DNA of 52,483 bases, from NCBI GenBank assembly GCA_008369845.1, contig MRSU01005082.1, positions 1 through 52,483 of the forward strand, read 5' to 3'. The notes below the pieces were generated by a model. That model worked only from the letters and a program-made list of their open reading frames with translations, was not told the DNA's origin and searched no databases. The translations under genes and the position numbers were made by a program. Origin of the DNA: Trichomonas gallinae (lineage: Eukaryota). Shown piece after piece: positions 32,458 to 43,709 of this stretch; the first letter of the stretch is position 1, and each line of letters begins with the position of its first letter.

Positions 32458-34065
32458 ATGAAGTTGAGTTCGCCTCCTGTTGTCATTGACACGGGAAGTA
32501 GCTTCACGAAAGTTGGATTTGCCGGCTTCTATGAGCCTAAGGTAGAGTTCCCAACTGTCGTTGGCGTTCCAAAAGATACAGCGCAGCTAATTGGAGGAAA
32601 AAACGTAGATTTCTTCGTTGGCAATGAAGTTTTTACGAAATCAGACTTGGTAGAGATATCAAAGCCAATGGAGAACGGTTTTATAGTAAATTGGGATGAT
32701 ATAGAGAAAGTTTGGCATCACACATATTATAACGAACTTTTAGTTGTTCCAGATCAACACCCAGTAATAGTCACAGAGAAACAGAATTGCACTCAGCATG
32801 CTCGCGAGAAGACAATACAGATGTTTTTCGAGACTTTTAACGTTCCAGCGTATTATTCAGGTGTGCAATCGGTTTTTGCACTTCTTTCATGCGGCATTAC
32901 GACAGGTGTAGTATGGGATGGTGGTGAAGGCTGCCATTCTGTTGTTCCTGTGTACGAAGGCTACCAACAGCCTCACGCAGTTCTTACTTCTCCTATTTCA
33001 GGCGAAATTCTCACACAGTTCTTCACAAATAAGATGAATGCCGCAGGAATCGATACTTCTTTCATGAAACCAAACGATATTGCAGGCTTAAAAGAAAATA
33101 AATGCAGAGTTACAAGAAAATTCGATGATTCAAGAACAAAAAGCGCGCAATTGAAGAGGAGAAAGAGTTATACAGCAGAAAAAACGAAAGCTATGCAAGA
33201 TAGCGAAAATGATTCATCTTTTGATTACGACACGGCAGAAGTCCTATTTAACCCAGGAATTGCACAGCTATCGACACAATCTATACCAGAAGTCATCGTA
33301 CAGTCATTACTTCTTGTAGATACTGCAGTTAGATATGAGATGTTGCCAAATGTTGTTTTAACTGGCGGATGCTCGATGTTTCCGGGCCTCCCTGAGCGCA
33401 TGGAGGCAGAAGTTACTGGAATTGACATCAAACCTCTTCTTCAGCCGGGAGAAACTCTTCCTCCTCCAAAAAGACGCACGCACGGAGAAACAACATCACT
33501 TAACGTCCCCAAGACACCGAATTCACAGAAGACAATCACGCCTAAAAACTCCGGCTACCTGGGAGACAAACAGCAGGCTCAGTTTTCTCTGGATGACGAC
33601 TCTCTCGCATTGACGCCAGAGGAACTTCATTCGATGAGTCCGGAAGAGATGCTCGACTTAATCGACCCGAACATCAAGAACGACAAGAACTACAAAGTGC
33701 CTAAGCTGGAAGATATGATTATACCAGACCCGATTGACCTTCAGCTCAAGATCCCAGGCGACTTCCTTCCGCCTTCCACCAAGTATGGACTGCCGCTGAC
33801 AAACGAGGCGCTTTTGCTGACGGAAAACGGCTACATTATACCTTACGAGCGATACAAGTGTCTCATACAGTACCAGAAGGCTCGCAAAGTCAGGGTTCCT
33901 GTCGGATTGAACGCTCATGTCACTGCTCCGCCTGAGAGAAAGAATTCTGTGTGGATCGGTGCATCTGTTTTAGGCTCTTTGGATCAATTCCCTGATCTCG
34001 TAATTTCAAAGGAAGAATATAAAGAGACAGGATCCTGGATTGTGCAAATGAAATGCTACAGCTGA
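32458..34065 (+). CDS. Actin-related protein with a ~160-aa insertion
   Basis: VVIDTGS..TKVGFAG, NWDDIEKVWHHTYYNEL, QMFFETFNVPAYY, NVVLTGGCSMFPG and APPERKNSVWIGAS. First ATG is at 32458. Confidence 0.9.
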   Translation: MKLSSPPVVIDTGSSFTKVGFAGFYEPKVEFPTVVGVPKDTAQLIGGKNVDFFVGNEVFTKSDLVEISKPMENGFIVNWDDIEKVWHHTYYNELLVVPDQHPVIVTEKQNCTQHAREKTIQMFFETFNVPAYYSGVQSVFALLSCGITTGVVWDGGEGCHSVVPVYEGYQQPHAVLTSPISGEILTQFFTNKMNAAGIDTSFMKPNDIAGLKENKCRVTRKFDDSRTKSAQLKRRKSYTAEKTKAMQDSENDSSFDYDTAEVLFNPGIAQLSTQSIPEVIVQSLLLVDTAVRYEMLPNVVLTGGCSMFPGLPERMEAEVTGIDIKPLLQPGETLPPPKRRTHGETTSLNVPKTPNSQKTITPKNSGYLGDKQQAQFSLDDDSLALTPEELHSMSPEEMLDLIDPNIKNDKNYKVPKLEDMIIPDPIDLQLKIPGDFLPPSTKYGLPLTNEALLLTENGYIIPYERYKCLIQYQKARKVRVPVGLNAHVTAPPERKNSVWIGASVLGSLDQFPDLVISKEEYKETGSWIVQMKCYS

Positions 34066-34445
34066 TCATTTTCTTATTTTTATTTAATTTTGTTCTGTAA
34101 AATTTTTTTGTTTGTATAATTATTATATTTTCTTTCTATAATATCATTTATTTTGGTGTGCTTTGACTATATTTTATTTGCTTCATTAGTCTTTAATATT
34201 ATTGATAATTGTGAATTAATGATAATGAATAAAATCTAATGTGAATTATAAGGTATTAGTATTGATAGATGTTATTTATATTGATATGAAGGCTTAAAAT
34301 GAAAGTAATCAATGAAATATTTAGAAACTCGTAAAAGATTGAATTTAGGGAATAAAATTGAATTTTTAGCGGGAAAGTTATAGTGTAGAATCAAAATATA
34401 ATAAATTGAAAGTGATTTTTTGATTTTGATTTGTCACTTTTTATT

Positions 34446-35198
34446 ATGACCGAGGTTCCAGATTCCGAGGTTCCGAAAAAGATAGAATATATTAAGAACG
34501 AAATTAAGAAAATGCAGGGCCTAATAGTTAGTAATAGTGATCAATTAAGGGCTTCTGACGAACGCGTTAAAGAGTTACAAGATAAAATTCGCGAAATAAA
34601 CAACAAAAATAAAGAAATACAGAGAGAAATCGATCAAATCAAGACACAACAAAATACTCACAATGAATATCTTGACAAACAATCGAAAATTGTCCTTGCA
34701 AGATTTAATCAAGAACATCAGAACGTTTTAGAACAAAAAGCTAATTTATTTGCACAAGAAAAGAATGGATCTCGCGAAATTCAAGAACTTGAACTTCGTT
34801 TTAAACATCATTATAAGCAAAAAGTCGATGAACTTGAGAAAAAGAAAGCAGAGCTTGAAGAAGCTGAGAAAAACCTAAATCATTTACAACTCGAACAAGA
34901 AGATCAAATTAAATATATTTTAAATATCGATATAGCAAATCATCAGCCCATTCTTCCACAAACTGAAAACGAAAATTATGATGCTTCTGAAGATGAAAGC
35001 GCAATTAGCATATCTCCAGATCCTGATGCAAATGAAACAATTGAAACAGTAAATGCTCAGATAATTGATATTTTCAGACGGCAGTTCGAACTAAACCGTA
35101 CTAGGGCGAACTTAGATAAACAGTTAAAAATTTTACGTGATATGAAAGATGGTTTTCAGAGAAATATTGCTGCAGAGTTAGATAAGCAAAAGACATAA
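34446..35198 (+). CDS. Hypothetical coiled-coil protein
   Basis: About 250-aa ORF rich in E/K/Q heptads. First ATG is at 34446. Confidence 0.7.
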   Translation: MTEVPDSEVPKKIEYIKNEIKKMQGLIVSNSDQLRASDERVKELQDKIREINNKNKEIQREIDQIKTQQNTHNEYLDKQSKIVLARFNQEHQNVLEQKANLFAQEKNGSREIQELELRFKHHYKQKVDELEKKKAELEEAEKNLNHLQLEQEDQIKYILNIDIANHQPILPQTENENYDASEDESAISISPDPDANETIETVNAQIIDIFRRQFELNRTRANLDKQLKILRDMKDGFQRNIAAELDKQKT

Positions 35199-35737
35199 TA
35201 CTGTTCGATATTACCATGAAATATGTTTGATTTGTTTTGTTTATTTTATATAAAAATTTATATTATTGTTTTTAATTTAAAATGATTGACTCAAAACATG
35301 AAATAATTCGAAATGATGGGATAAATCATAGTATATTAATCAATATACTATCTTATATCAAATGAATTTACATGCTCAGGTAATTCTTCTGCCGTGGAAT
35401 CCTAAAACCATATTTACAAAACTAGTGTCAAGGTTATTCATGCCATACAACTTCTTACTTTAAAAATGTATTTTTTTGTGGTAAAAACCTCGATATTTCA
35501 TTGATGTTATATTGGAAAAAGTGAAACCATTTATATGTGGATTATTGATAGCTATGCTATAATATAATATCTAGAATAAAATGAAATTGAAATTAATTTT
35601 AGAGTTAGAAATGTTGGGTTATGGGATACCAGAAATAGAAGTTTGAACCAGCGGCTTTGGCTTGGCTGGATTTTGATATATGATCAGTCCGATAAGACCT
35701 GTATGATTTACGAAAAGTGACGAAAATAATCGAATAA

Positions 35738-36289
35738 ATGAATTTCTATGATATATACACAACACTCAATCTAAATCCGGATGCACAACCGTCTATGGAA
35801 AAAATATGCGAATATTGCAACTGCTTGAACCAACTCGAATCATTAAAGCAAGCATTATGGAAGAAGCCAAATCGTGTTACTAATCCTGGCGCTTTTCCAT
35901 TCAACGAAGAAACAGGAAAAATATACGATGCCCTTTGGAAGGCAGCTGATGCGGAAAATTATTCGACACTCGGTAAAGTTGGCAGATGGATGATGAAATT
36001 AATCGTTCCACCAGCCGATGATGAAGGAATGGGAAGGTTCCATGCTAAATATCATGATACACCTAATGATGAATACCACACGCCTGCAAAACCAGCACCG
36101 CAAACAACATCACCTTCAAAGCAAGCAACATACACATCTTCACAACCAGTTGTAAACGAAGAGCCTGTTGTAGTTGCTCCACGAGAAGAAAACGAGTGGA
36201 AACTTGAAGATGAAGATAAATCAACTCCTCAAGTTACATACAAACAATCGGACGTTGCACGCCGTGCCACAAGCAAGAAGGACGATTAA
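35738..36289 (+). CDS. Hypothetical protein (helical N-terminus, P/T/E-rich tail)
   Basis: 183-aa ORF with coding-like composition, preceded by AAAGTGAC. Confidence 0.7.
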   Translation: MNFYDIYTTLNLNPDAQPSMEKICEYCNCLNQLESLKQALWKKPNRVTNPGAFPFNEETGKIYDALWKAADAENYSTLGKVGRWMMKLIVPPADDEGMGRFHAKYHDTPNDEYHTPAKPAPQTTSPSKQATYTSSQPVVNEEPVVVAPREENEWKLEDEDKSTPQVTYKQSDVARRATSKKDD

Positions 36290-36700
36290 AGTATCAGATG
36301 TTATTTTTATTTGTCATATTATGAATAAAACGTTCTAAGAAGAGTCTATTTAAATGCTGAAATATCTTTAAAGCGATAGTTTTAATGAGCCTTATTATTA
36401 TGAATAAAATAAACCAAAAATATTTTTTCAATAATTTTAAATTTCGGATCGGAAGCCTAATAATGCAATCTTCACCTGAAACATAACAAGTTTATTAGAG
36501 TTCATTTGTAGATTTAACAATTTACGACTTATAAAATCATAGCCTTACGTTAATCGGACAAAAAAGGAATCCTATATAATGAAATAACTTTTTACTATTC
36601 TTAGTTAAGTCTGAACTATGATTGTAGAAAGGGATGTATTAAATTGTAATTTTAAGAGTTTTATTAGTACAAATGTATAAAAATATATACAGTCGTGAGC

Positions 36701-36895
36701 TTATTTAAGGAGGCGAGAGACTAAGTGCAATAAGAGTGTAACAGCAATGAGACCTGCGGAAATGAAGATAGCAGCCTCTGGTGTGCAATCGATGCCAACG
36801 TGCTGCTTGGACTTCTTGCCTGTTGAGAACATTCCACTACCGATTGATGTTGTTGTAGCAACTGTAACTGTGCCAGAGCCAGAACCCTTAGCCAT
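36701..36895 (-). CDS. SEC61B: Sec61 translocon beta subunit
   Basis: 64 aa with a G/S/T-rich N-terminus and tail anchor GIDCTPEAAIFISAGLIAVTLLLHLVSRL, resembling Sec61-beta G.KV.P..VL..S..FI..V..LHI. Confidence 0.75.
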   Translation of the reverse strand: MAKGSGSGTVTVATTTSIGSGMFSTGKKSKQHVGIDCTPEAAIFISAGLIAVTLLLHLVSRLLK

Positions 36896-37063
36896 ATTAA
36901 AGTGTCACTTTTTCAAACTGAAGTGAAAGAATGTCAGTCAATTTTGTAAAGTGTCAAATATTTTAACTCATATCCGACATCTGACACGTAAAGTCAAATA
37001 TCTAAAAATTCATCATAAAATAATCATATTTTTTTAGTGAATTTTTCAAACATTTTTGAAATT

Positions 37064-38470
37064 TTAGGCGTAGCCAGCTGCTTTCTTGAATCTCTGGATC
37101 TCTTCGGGTGTAAGTCCATCGTGATCCCACCAAGCGCTGTCTGCTCTTGTCTGCCACTTGGAATTGATCTTTCCAAAGACAACTTCGAGCTCGCATGTAT
37201 TGCTAAAGTTCGGGAAGATTGTGTCTGGATCGATTTTGGCTTGCTTCAACAATCCATTCTTCAACCCTTCTCCATGCGCCCAGTATGGAACTTTCTTACC
37301 ATGAACTTCTTCTGGGTCGGACTCGAATACTTCCAAGTCTTCGTCAGAATCTTCTGAGCCATGATCTGAGATCTGGTAAACGGTATTGTCTTCTTTTGTC
37401 TCGGCTTCGTTTTTATCTTTATCATTCTCGGTATTCGAGGCTTGGTTCTTCTGAGCGACCATCTTTGCCCACTTTTCACGCATCATCTTCGCCTGCTGTG
37501 CTAATTCAAATGCATTGCTGGAGACACTGTATGTTCCTGTATTTGGTGTTGTAAATTCTTCACTGGAAAGAAGCAGCTGAGTTGGATCCAAGCTGAATCT
37601 GATGTCCTTAGTATCGGCATATACTCTTCTGACTGCATTTTCAGTGTTTTGCTCTGTTTCTTTGAGCGGTGAAGGCATCTGACCTAAATCAGATGGGAAG
37701 TATGAGCAGGCAGAGGACTCGGATGAGACTGAGATGTTATCGGACTGCATTCCGAAAGCATCCTGCATTTGAGAATTAATTTTCATCTGATCGAAGGAGG
37801 AATGAATGGCTTGGCGGACGAGTGACGAACGCTGTGGAGTAACATTGGATGCAGCGTTTTCGTTTGTTCGAACCAACGTAATTGGTGATGCTTGAGCTTC
37901 ACTATCTGATGATAAAACATCAATGTTCTTAAGAGCAATTGGGCTGTCTGAGACAGAGTCACCTTGCTCGGATGGGTTATTTGTAACACTGAATGAAACA
38001 TGACGCTTCGGGTCATCAACAAATGATGAGTTAATTGGCGACTCTGAATCGAAGTCATGCGGCCTTGGTGGAATGTTTGTTCTAAGGCTGGAGCGTGGTG
38101 GCGGAGTTTTCTGCTGAATATTTTCGGCGGTCTTTTGAGTAGACTGCAAGGACATATTCGAAGGCACACCTTCATCAATATCAACTCCCTCGCCTGAATC
38201 AAGCTTGGAGAACTCTTCAGTTTGAATCTTGGAGTTTTCTTCAGTATTGAACTCTATTTGAACGGTATTGTTTGATGCACTAGATTTCTTCTTCATACAG
38301 CTCTTGACTTGCGTTTCAACCTTTGGTTCTGGTTTTTTATTATTCGGATCGACCTTTTGATGAATCTTTTCGAGCCATATAAAGTTATTTTTCGAGAATA
38401 TATCTAATTTTGTTTGTTGTTGCTGAAGGTCAGCTTCCAGTTCTTGACAGATGGACGAAAACGAAAGCAT
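37064..38470 (-). CDS. INCENP-like protein (C-terminal IN-box/ARK-binding domain)
   Basis: Acidic SEDSDED followed by VPYWA...L...Q..IDPDTIF.....ELEVVF.......RADSAWW..D.LT matches the IN-box. Likely start is MLSFSS at 38470. Confidence 0.85.
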   Translation of the reverse strand: MLSFSSICQELEADLQQQQTKLDIFSKNNFIWLEKIHQKVDPNNKKPEPKVETQVKSCMKKKSSASNNTVQIEFNTEENSKIQTEEFSKLDSGEGVDIDEGVPSNMSLQSTQKTAENIQQKTPPPRSSLRTNIPPRPHDFDSESPINSSFVDDPKRHVSFSVTNNPSEQGDSVSDSPIALKNIDVLSSDSEAQASPITLVRTNENAASNVTPQRSSLVRQAIHSSFDQMKINSQMQDAFGMQSDNISVSSESSACSYFPSDLGQMPSPLKETEQNTENAVRRVYADTKDIRFSLDPTQLLLSSEEFTTPNTGTYSVSSNAFELAQQAKMMREKWAKMVAQKNQASNTENDKDKNEAETKEDNTVYQISDHGSEDSDEDLEVFESDPEEVHGKKVPYWAHGEGLKNGLLKQAKIDPDTIFPNFSNTCELEVVFGKINSKWQTRADSAWWDHDGLTPEEIQRFKKAAGYA

Positions 38471-39188
38471 TACTTTTATTTTTAAACGTACGAAATAAAT
38501 TAAAATAAAATTTCGAAATCTGCATAAATAGTCATAAAATACAATATAACACATATATTTAGATTATTATCAAATTTTAACGTAAATTTATTGTAACATT
38601 TTATCTATCGGATAAATTAATACGATAGTTATCTAGCATTGAATGGAATAAACTAGCATTTTCAACGAGAGACTCCTAACCTTCCTCAATATTGAGATTC
38701 TGAATTTTGTCGACGATTTCTTGAGTATGTCGAGAAATATGCCTTCATAATGCATAGTAATTTATATACTTGAGCTAAAATAGAGAATAAAAATACGGAT
38801 AATAAAATCATGTTGCACTCAACACAATCAATTCAATACTATGATAGAACACACATTCTGAATTATGAAAGCTAAACAACAAAGAAATGTATGAAAAACA
38901 CATTAAATTAAATTGAGCAAAATTAGATAAATTATTTCTTCAAATATTTATGGTTTATCCTATATTTATGTGCATAAAATGCTAAATATATGAAGATATT
39001 TATGTGCTTCATACAATAAAATTTGGAAATAAAAATATGTTTTTATAATGATACGATAAATATTTCATTTACTCCAGTAGCTCGAACTGAGTGACATACA
39101 ACATAGATATTGGCCGCATTTTCAGCCTGAAACAGAGAAATTATCGAAAAAGAAAAAATAGCACTTTTTTTATCACGTTACAATAGAA

Positions 39189-39770
39189 ATGGATATTCGT
39201 CCACCAGCAACAGTCCTCCAATTTTCCGCGACAATTATTTCCGACAACAAGCAAGACAAACTCAGATCGTTCGTCGTACAATACTTCGTTGAAGACAAAG
39301 CGTTTCAAGTTTTCGAAAAAGTTGTTCCAAATTCCGGATTCAAAGGCGGCAAGTTTGTTTCTAAGACCCCAAGCAAGAATCCAGAATCAGGAAAGCCATA
39401 CGAGCCTAAGGATATCTTTTTAGGCGCTAAAGTTGATATTAACGGCTTCAGATTTATTTTACAAGAAGCATCTGAGGAATCATTAAAGATTATGGAGTCT
39501 CGCCCAGATGTTTTTGTCAAATCAGATCTTTCTCTCGTTATGACAAAACTTAGACGTGTTTTAGTCGGACAAATACCAAAAGTGTTGGTTGAATTCCAGA
39601 AATACGATCCAAGGAAGCAGTTAATAGTTCCCTTGCTCGATTTGCAGAAAGTTTTAGAAGCATTTGGAATTATTATGGGTGATCAGGAATTTTTGACTGT
39701 TTATAGAAGGTATCAATTCGGTAGGATAGATGGATTTATGTACCAGGAATTTGTTGAAGCTATGGTTTAA
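39189..39770 (+). CDS. DM10 domain plus EF-hand-like protein (EFHC/Rib72 family)
   Basis: LQFSA.......RSFVVQYFVED....VFE....NSGF.GGKF....Y...DIFLGA.V.ING.RF.L matches DM10; a C-terminal degenerate EF pair follows. Confidence 0.85.
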   Translation: MDIRPPATVLQFSATIISDNKQDKLRSFVVQYFVEDKAFQVFEKVVPNSGFKGGKFVSKTPSKNPESGKPYEPKDIFLGAKVDINGFRFILQEASEESLKIMESRPDVFVKSDLSLVMTKLRRVLVGQIPKVLVEFQKYDPRKQLIVPLLDLQKVLEAFGIIMGDQEFLTVYRRYQFGRIDGFMYQEFVEAMV

Positions 39771-39793
39771 ATAAAAAATTATATTTTTATTAT

Positions 39794-42700
39794 TCAAGCA
39801 AAAACTGTCTTGATGTCATTGACAAGTGAAGCTGTGAGTGGCTGGGCCTTTGTGAGGACCTTAATATCAATCTTCTGAGCACCAAACTTAACATGAATGA
39901 GAATCTTGAATGGTGTAGATGTCAAGAGGCCCATGAAAATCTCTTCCTGGCCAATTCTCTGAACTGTCTTGACGTGGACAATTGTGTTCATGATTCTTGA
40001 GATCTCATCGATTGTGAGGCCTTCAGCACGTGGAAGGGAGTGAACAATTTCTGAGCCACCAGACTTCCACTGGGTGCCGAATTCGGCTGTCGTGGCCTGC
40101 TGTGGTTCAACAAATGTGAGGAGGTTAGCTGGGAGTGGAACAGCAATCTTCTTGCCATTGTATTCGATGTTGGCTGTGAACTTGAACTGTGGGAAGCCCT
40201 TCATCTGCTTCGGGAAGGAGAATGTTGCGAGCATTGAGACTGCATTTTGTGGTGGGATGCAGCAGATATTGGCTGGCTGAGAGACAACATCCTTGTTGAG
40301 GACTTCTGGTCCATCGATTGAGAGATTGAATGATGGGATCGGGAAGTCTGTGGCATTCATGACAGCGACAAGGATCTTGCCGTTTGAAGAGCATGAAAGG
40401 ACTTTAATTGTTTCGTCAGCGAATGCTGGAACTGGCTGAACACCGCTCTGTGAGAATTCGATGATAGCTTGTGGTGGTGGCATCGCGCACTCTTGGACAG
40501 CAGCATCAATCATTGCTGCTTGCTCTGGTGTGATCTCAACTCTGGCTGGAGATGGAGCTGAAGCGTGAGTTTGTGGGTGAGCAGCGGCAGCTGGTGCTTT
40601 GGCAAGAGACTTCTTTCCACCAGTCTTTGCTCCCTTGAAGAGTGAAGCTGCAAGCTTCTCCTTCTTCTCTTCTTCGGCGTTATGTGTCTTTTTAGCGGCA
40701 ACAGAGAGTTTTCCGAAGAGATTTGACTTCTTTGGTGGTAAGTCTGGGGTTGCAGCCTGTGGAGCATCGTAGTTGGCAGAAGCGAGGCCGAGTGGCTGTG
40801 ATTCATCGACTGGAGCCTGCTCCATGAGACCCTGCTGTGTCCAGATTGTTGCGACACCAGCGGTGTTGAGTGTTGTTGTATCTTCTTCTGGAATTGCTGT
40901 TGGGCCAGCTGCGACACCTTCTGGGCCATAGACGCCAGAACGTGATTCGTTCGGGTACTGGTGGTAAATGAGTGTTGGCTTCTGGGCAACAACAATGTCT
41001 GTGTCTCTGTCATCAACTGGGATGTATTCGCGGCCACCGTTGGCAATTGCTTCATTAACGAAGTCGTCGAGGAATGAGAGTGTTGGGTCTTCTTCCTGGT
41101 TCATTGTTAGAATGATGTTGAGGGATTCTCTGAAATTGAGGAGAGCGAGCGATTCGTAGCAGATGTTCTGGACAACGATGCTTCTTGATTGCTTGTAGTT
41201 CTCGAACACATCAAGAACTTCTTGTGGAACTTCTTCAATCTTAGGAAGAAGTTTAACAATAGCGTTGAGAACCCATTCACGTGGTGCATCGTAGCCATCG
41301 GCGAGGTCGCAGAGAAGAAGGATGATGAATGAGAGATCGTATTCATCAGAGAGCTCAGCGTAGTTGCCAATGACGTGAGCGATGACTGTGACGAAAACAT
41401 CGGACAGTCTTCTAGAAGACTGTGCGACATCAAGGTAGAGATTGACGATGGAGCGGCGCATTTCTTCGTCGCACTCCTCATCGATGATCTTCATGACCTG
41501 GAAGGCAACCTCTGGGCGGACTAAGTCGCCGCCAATGGCGAAGAGCTGTTCCATTGTTTTGGCGAACCAGATTGGCGATGGCGCATATTTGGAGGCAATG
41601 TCTGTGATTCTATCTGAGAGTTCACGCCTGATAATCTCGTTCTTTGTGCGCTGGAAGAATCTGAGCATGTTGATGACGATGATCTGCGCGTTGTCCTCAG
41701 AGGCCATAGAATGGAGGAGGCCGAGTGTTGTGAGCCTAATAGATGGATCTGGGTGCTCGAGACAGTCAATGATTGTAGCCTGAAACTCTGAAGCGAAGTC
41801 TGGGATTGATGTGAGCAAAGCAAGGCCAATATACTTGTAATTTTGCTCCTTTGATGCCATGAAGAGCGAAATCGCGCCTCTGAGTTGCGGAATTTCAGTC
41901 ATATCTAGAGCTATTGCTGTTCTGATAGCTTCGTAGAGGACTGATGCGGAAGCTGGTGATTCTAAAACACCCTGCTGAAGAGCCTGTGTAACAATTGGCT
42001 CAACTTGCTCATTGATTCCTGGAAGGTTCTGGGCGATGATCTGAATGAGCTTCAGGATGTTGACAAGAATAAATGGTGCAGAAACTTTCTGGTGGACATA
42101 TTCAATCTTGGAGGTATTTGTGAGAATAAGCTGGGCTGAGCGGATAACATCTGGAAGAAGGTCGCAGATCTGGCGTATGTTGAGCTGATTCTTAAGGAGT
42201 GATGTGAATGTAACAACAACAGCGTTAACGATAGATAAATCTGAATCAGAAAGAAGTCTGCATAGTTCTGGGAAGAAATCAACAACACATGTTGGGTCCT
42301 TCTGAATGAATGAGTGAACGCACATAACGGCCTTTTGTCTGATGATTGGAACTGAGTGATTGAGGCATTGGCCAACAAATCCAATAACTGGCTGGATGAG
42401 CTCTGGTGTAACCAAATGAGCGATTGCAGTCAGAGCAAGAGCCATCGAGGTAGGATGGCCGGATGAAAGATCTCTTTGTGTAGAGTTAACGATGAGAACG
42501 ATGAGGTCAGACTTTGAGTCAAAGAGTGCTGAGCAAGCCAAATAGCCCAAAGCTTTTGTCATCATCTGAGAATCTTGTGTAAGATTAACAGCATGGATTT
42601 GACCAAAGCTGGTATTGTAACCAAGAAGTGTGAGATGAACTAATGAAATGACATTCTCATAAAGATCGGAAAGACCGATTTTGTTCTTAGATAATGTCTT

Positions 42701-42829
42701 CTTAACATCGGCCATCCATTGTTTAACGATGGCTTCCTCGGCTTCGCGGCTCTTGCATTCGCCAATGCTGACACATGTGTCGTGGAATGCCTTTGAAAGC
42801 TTGATCTTCTGCACGCCTTGCGAAAACAT
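39794..42829 (-). CDS. AP4E1: Adaptin large subunit, AP-4 epsilon
   Basis: GYNTSFGQIHAVNL....KALGYL, IVNSTQRDL, IIDCLEHPDPSIR..TL.LL and KYAPSPIWFAKTM, followed by hinge and ear domains. Confidence 0.85.
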   Translation of the reverse strand: MFSQGVQKIKLSKAFHDTCVSIGECKSREAEEAIVKQWMADVKKTLSKNKIGLSDLYENVISLVHLTLLGYNTSFGQIHAVNLTQDSQMMTKALGYLACSALFDSKSDLIVLIVNSTQRDLSSGHPTSMALALTAIAHLVTPELIQPVIGFVGQCLNHSVPIIRQKAVMCVHSFIQKDPTCVVDFFPELCRLLSDSDLSIVNAVVVTFTSLLKNQLNIRQICDLLPDVIRSAQLILTNTSKIEYVHQKVSAPFILVNILKLIQIIAQNLPGINEQVEPIVTQALQQGVLESPASASVLYEAIRTAIALDMTEIPQLRGAISLFMASKEQNYKYIGLALLTSIPDFASEFQATIIDCLEHPDPSIRLTTLGLLHSMASEDNAQIIVINMLRFFQRTKNEIIRRELSDRITDIASKYAPSPIWFAKTMEQLFAIGGDLVRPEVAFQVMKIIDEECDEEMRRSIVNLYLDVAQSSRRLSDVFVTVIAHVIGNYAELSDEYDLSFIILLLCDLADGYDAPREWVLNAIVKLLPKIEEVPQEVLDVFENYKQSRSIVVQNICYESLALLNFRESLNIILTMNQEEDPTLSFLDDFVNEAIANGGREYIPVDDRDTDIVVAQKPTLIYHQYPNESRSGVYGPEGVAAGPTAIPEEDTTTLNTAGVATIWTQQGLMEQAPVDESQPLGLASANYDAPQAATPDLPPKKSNLFGKLSVAAKKTHNAEEEKKEKLAASLFKGAKTGGKKSLAKAPAAAAHPQTHASAPSPARVEITPEQAAMIDAAVQECAMPPPQAIIEFSQSGVQPVPAFADETIKVLSCSSNGKILVAVMNATDFPIPSFNLSIDGPEVLNKDVVSQPANICCIPPQNAVSMLATFSFPKQMKGFPQFKFTANIEYNGKKIAVPLPANLLTFVEPQQATTAEFGTQWKSGGSEIVHSLPRAEGLTIDEISRIMNTIVHVKTVQRIGQEEIFMGLLTSTPFKILIHVKFGAQKIDIKVLTKAQPLTASLVNDIKTVFA

Positions 42830-43454
42830 TTTCTTTTTTGAAAATTTCGCAATTTCAATCGAGAATTATTTCTGCGCTACATAGAATGTGTAGTCTACCA
42901 GTAGGCTATTTAAAATATTTTTAAAATTCCGGAATAGCCGATGAAACCACTTTTTTGTAAATTCAGCCTCATCGTTATCCGACATCTAAAGGATCGAGTG
43001 CTGGAGATGATTCTTTGAAAAGTATCCGAAACGATGACGATATGATGAATTTGATATGTAAATATGAAGTTTTGCCAAGAAAATGACACGGTGTAATAAA
43101 ATTATGTCAGATTTTAGAGTTTACTTCACTCGGGTGCCAAATTTTTAATATTTTGCATGAAGAATGCATACAATGCGCACATATATTAGATATTATTTAG
43201 GCGAATTTAAATTTTACACAATTGTAGAATATAGCTCATATTCACAGTAACATTATGGAATAAGTGTCTAAATTCTACAGTTGCAATTTACTGCAGCTTC
43301 AAAGATTTTCAGTTATATAACGCTGTTAAAAAATGTTAGCAGTTCACAACTGTCACCTACTAGCTATCCGCACTCCAGAGTTGAAATAAATATGAAATTA
43401 TCAGGAAGTCTGAATTTTTGAAGTAGACAAGTTTTGAGTATTGCAGGGAATTTG

Positions 43455-43709
43455 TCAAATTAATTCCTGAAGGAGCTGAGTGGTGAAGTCGTTGGACATG
43501 CGGATGACAGCGTTAGCAGCAACCTTGGCAGCGCTCTGTAAGATGTAGTCAGTCATTGATTGTGTTGTTGATGAGGCGGCCATCGCGGCCAATAGAGAGG
43601 ATTCCACTGTTAGCTGCTACCGAATATGTGGGCTGTTAACTATACGGAAGGAAAGATAGACGGAAACAGATTCGATTTCCATCATGTAGCAGAGACTTCC
43701 ACGTGTGAT
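43455..43709 (-). pseudogene. Frameshifted fragment of clathrin heavy chain (propeller end and linker)
   Basis: Three successive frames give ITRGSLCYMMEIESVSVYLSFRIVNSP / AANSGILSIGRDGRLINNTIND / DYILQSAAKVAANAVIRMSNDF. These are collinear with clathrin ITKYGYIHLYDLETG..YMNRIS...GIIGVNRKGQVL...YI...ALRMA. The segment is a GC-richer island in an AT-rich spacer. Confidence 0.65.

Noticed and set aside
35648..35669. Small GC-rich hairpin CCAGC...GCTGG upstream of the 35738 ORF
   Set aside because: Too short, with no box motifs; likely promoter sequence or chance.
38471..38554. N-terminal extension of the INCENP ORF
   Set aside because: AT-rich, promoter-like sequence; the ATG at 38470 is more plausible.
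39794..42884. Many overlapping and antisense ORFs inside AP-4 epsilon (likewise in Vps52, XRN1 and the LRR gene)
   Set aside because: Expected by-products of codon bias in long genes, with no independent motifs.
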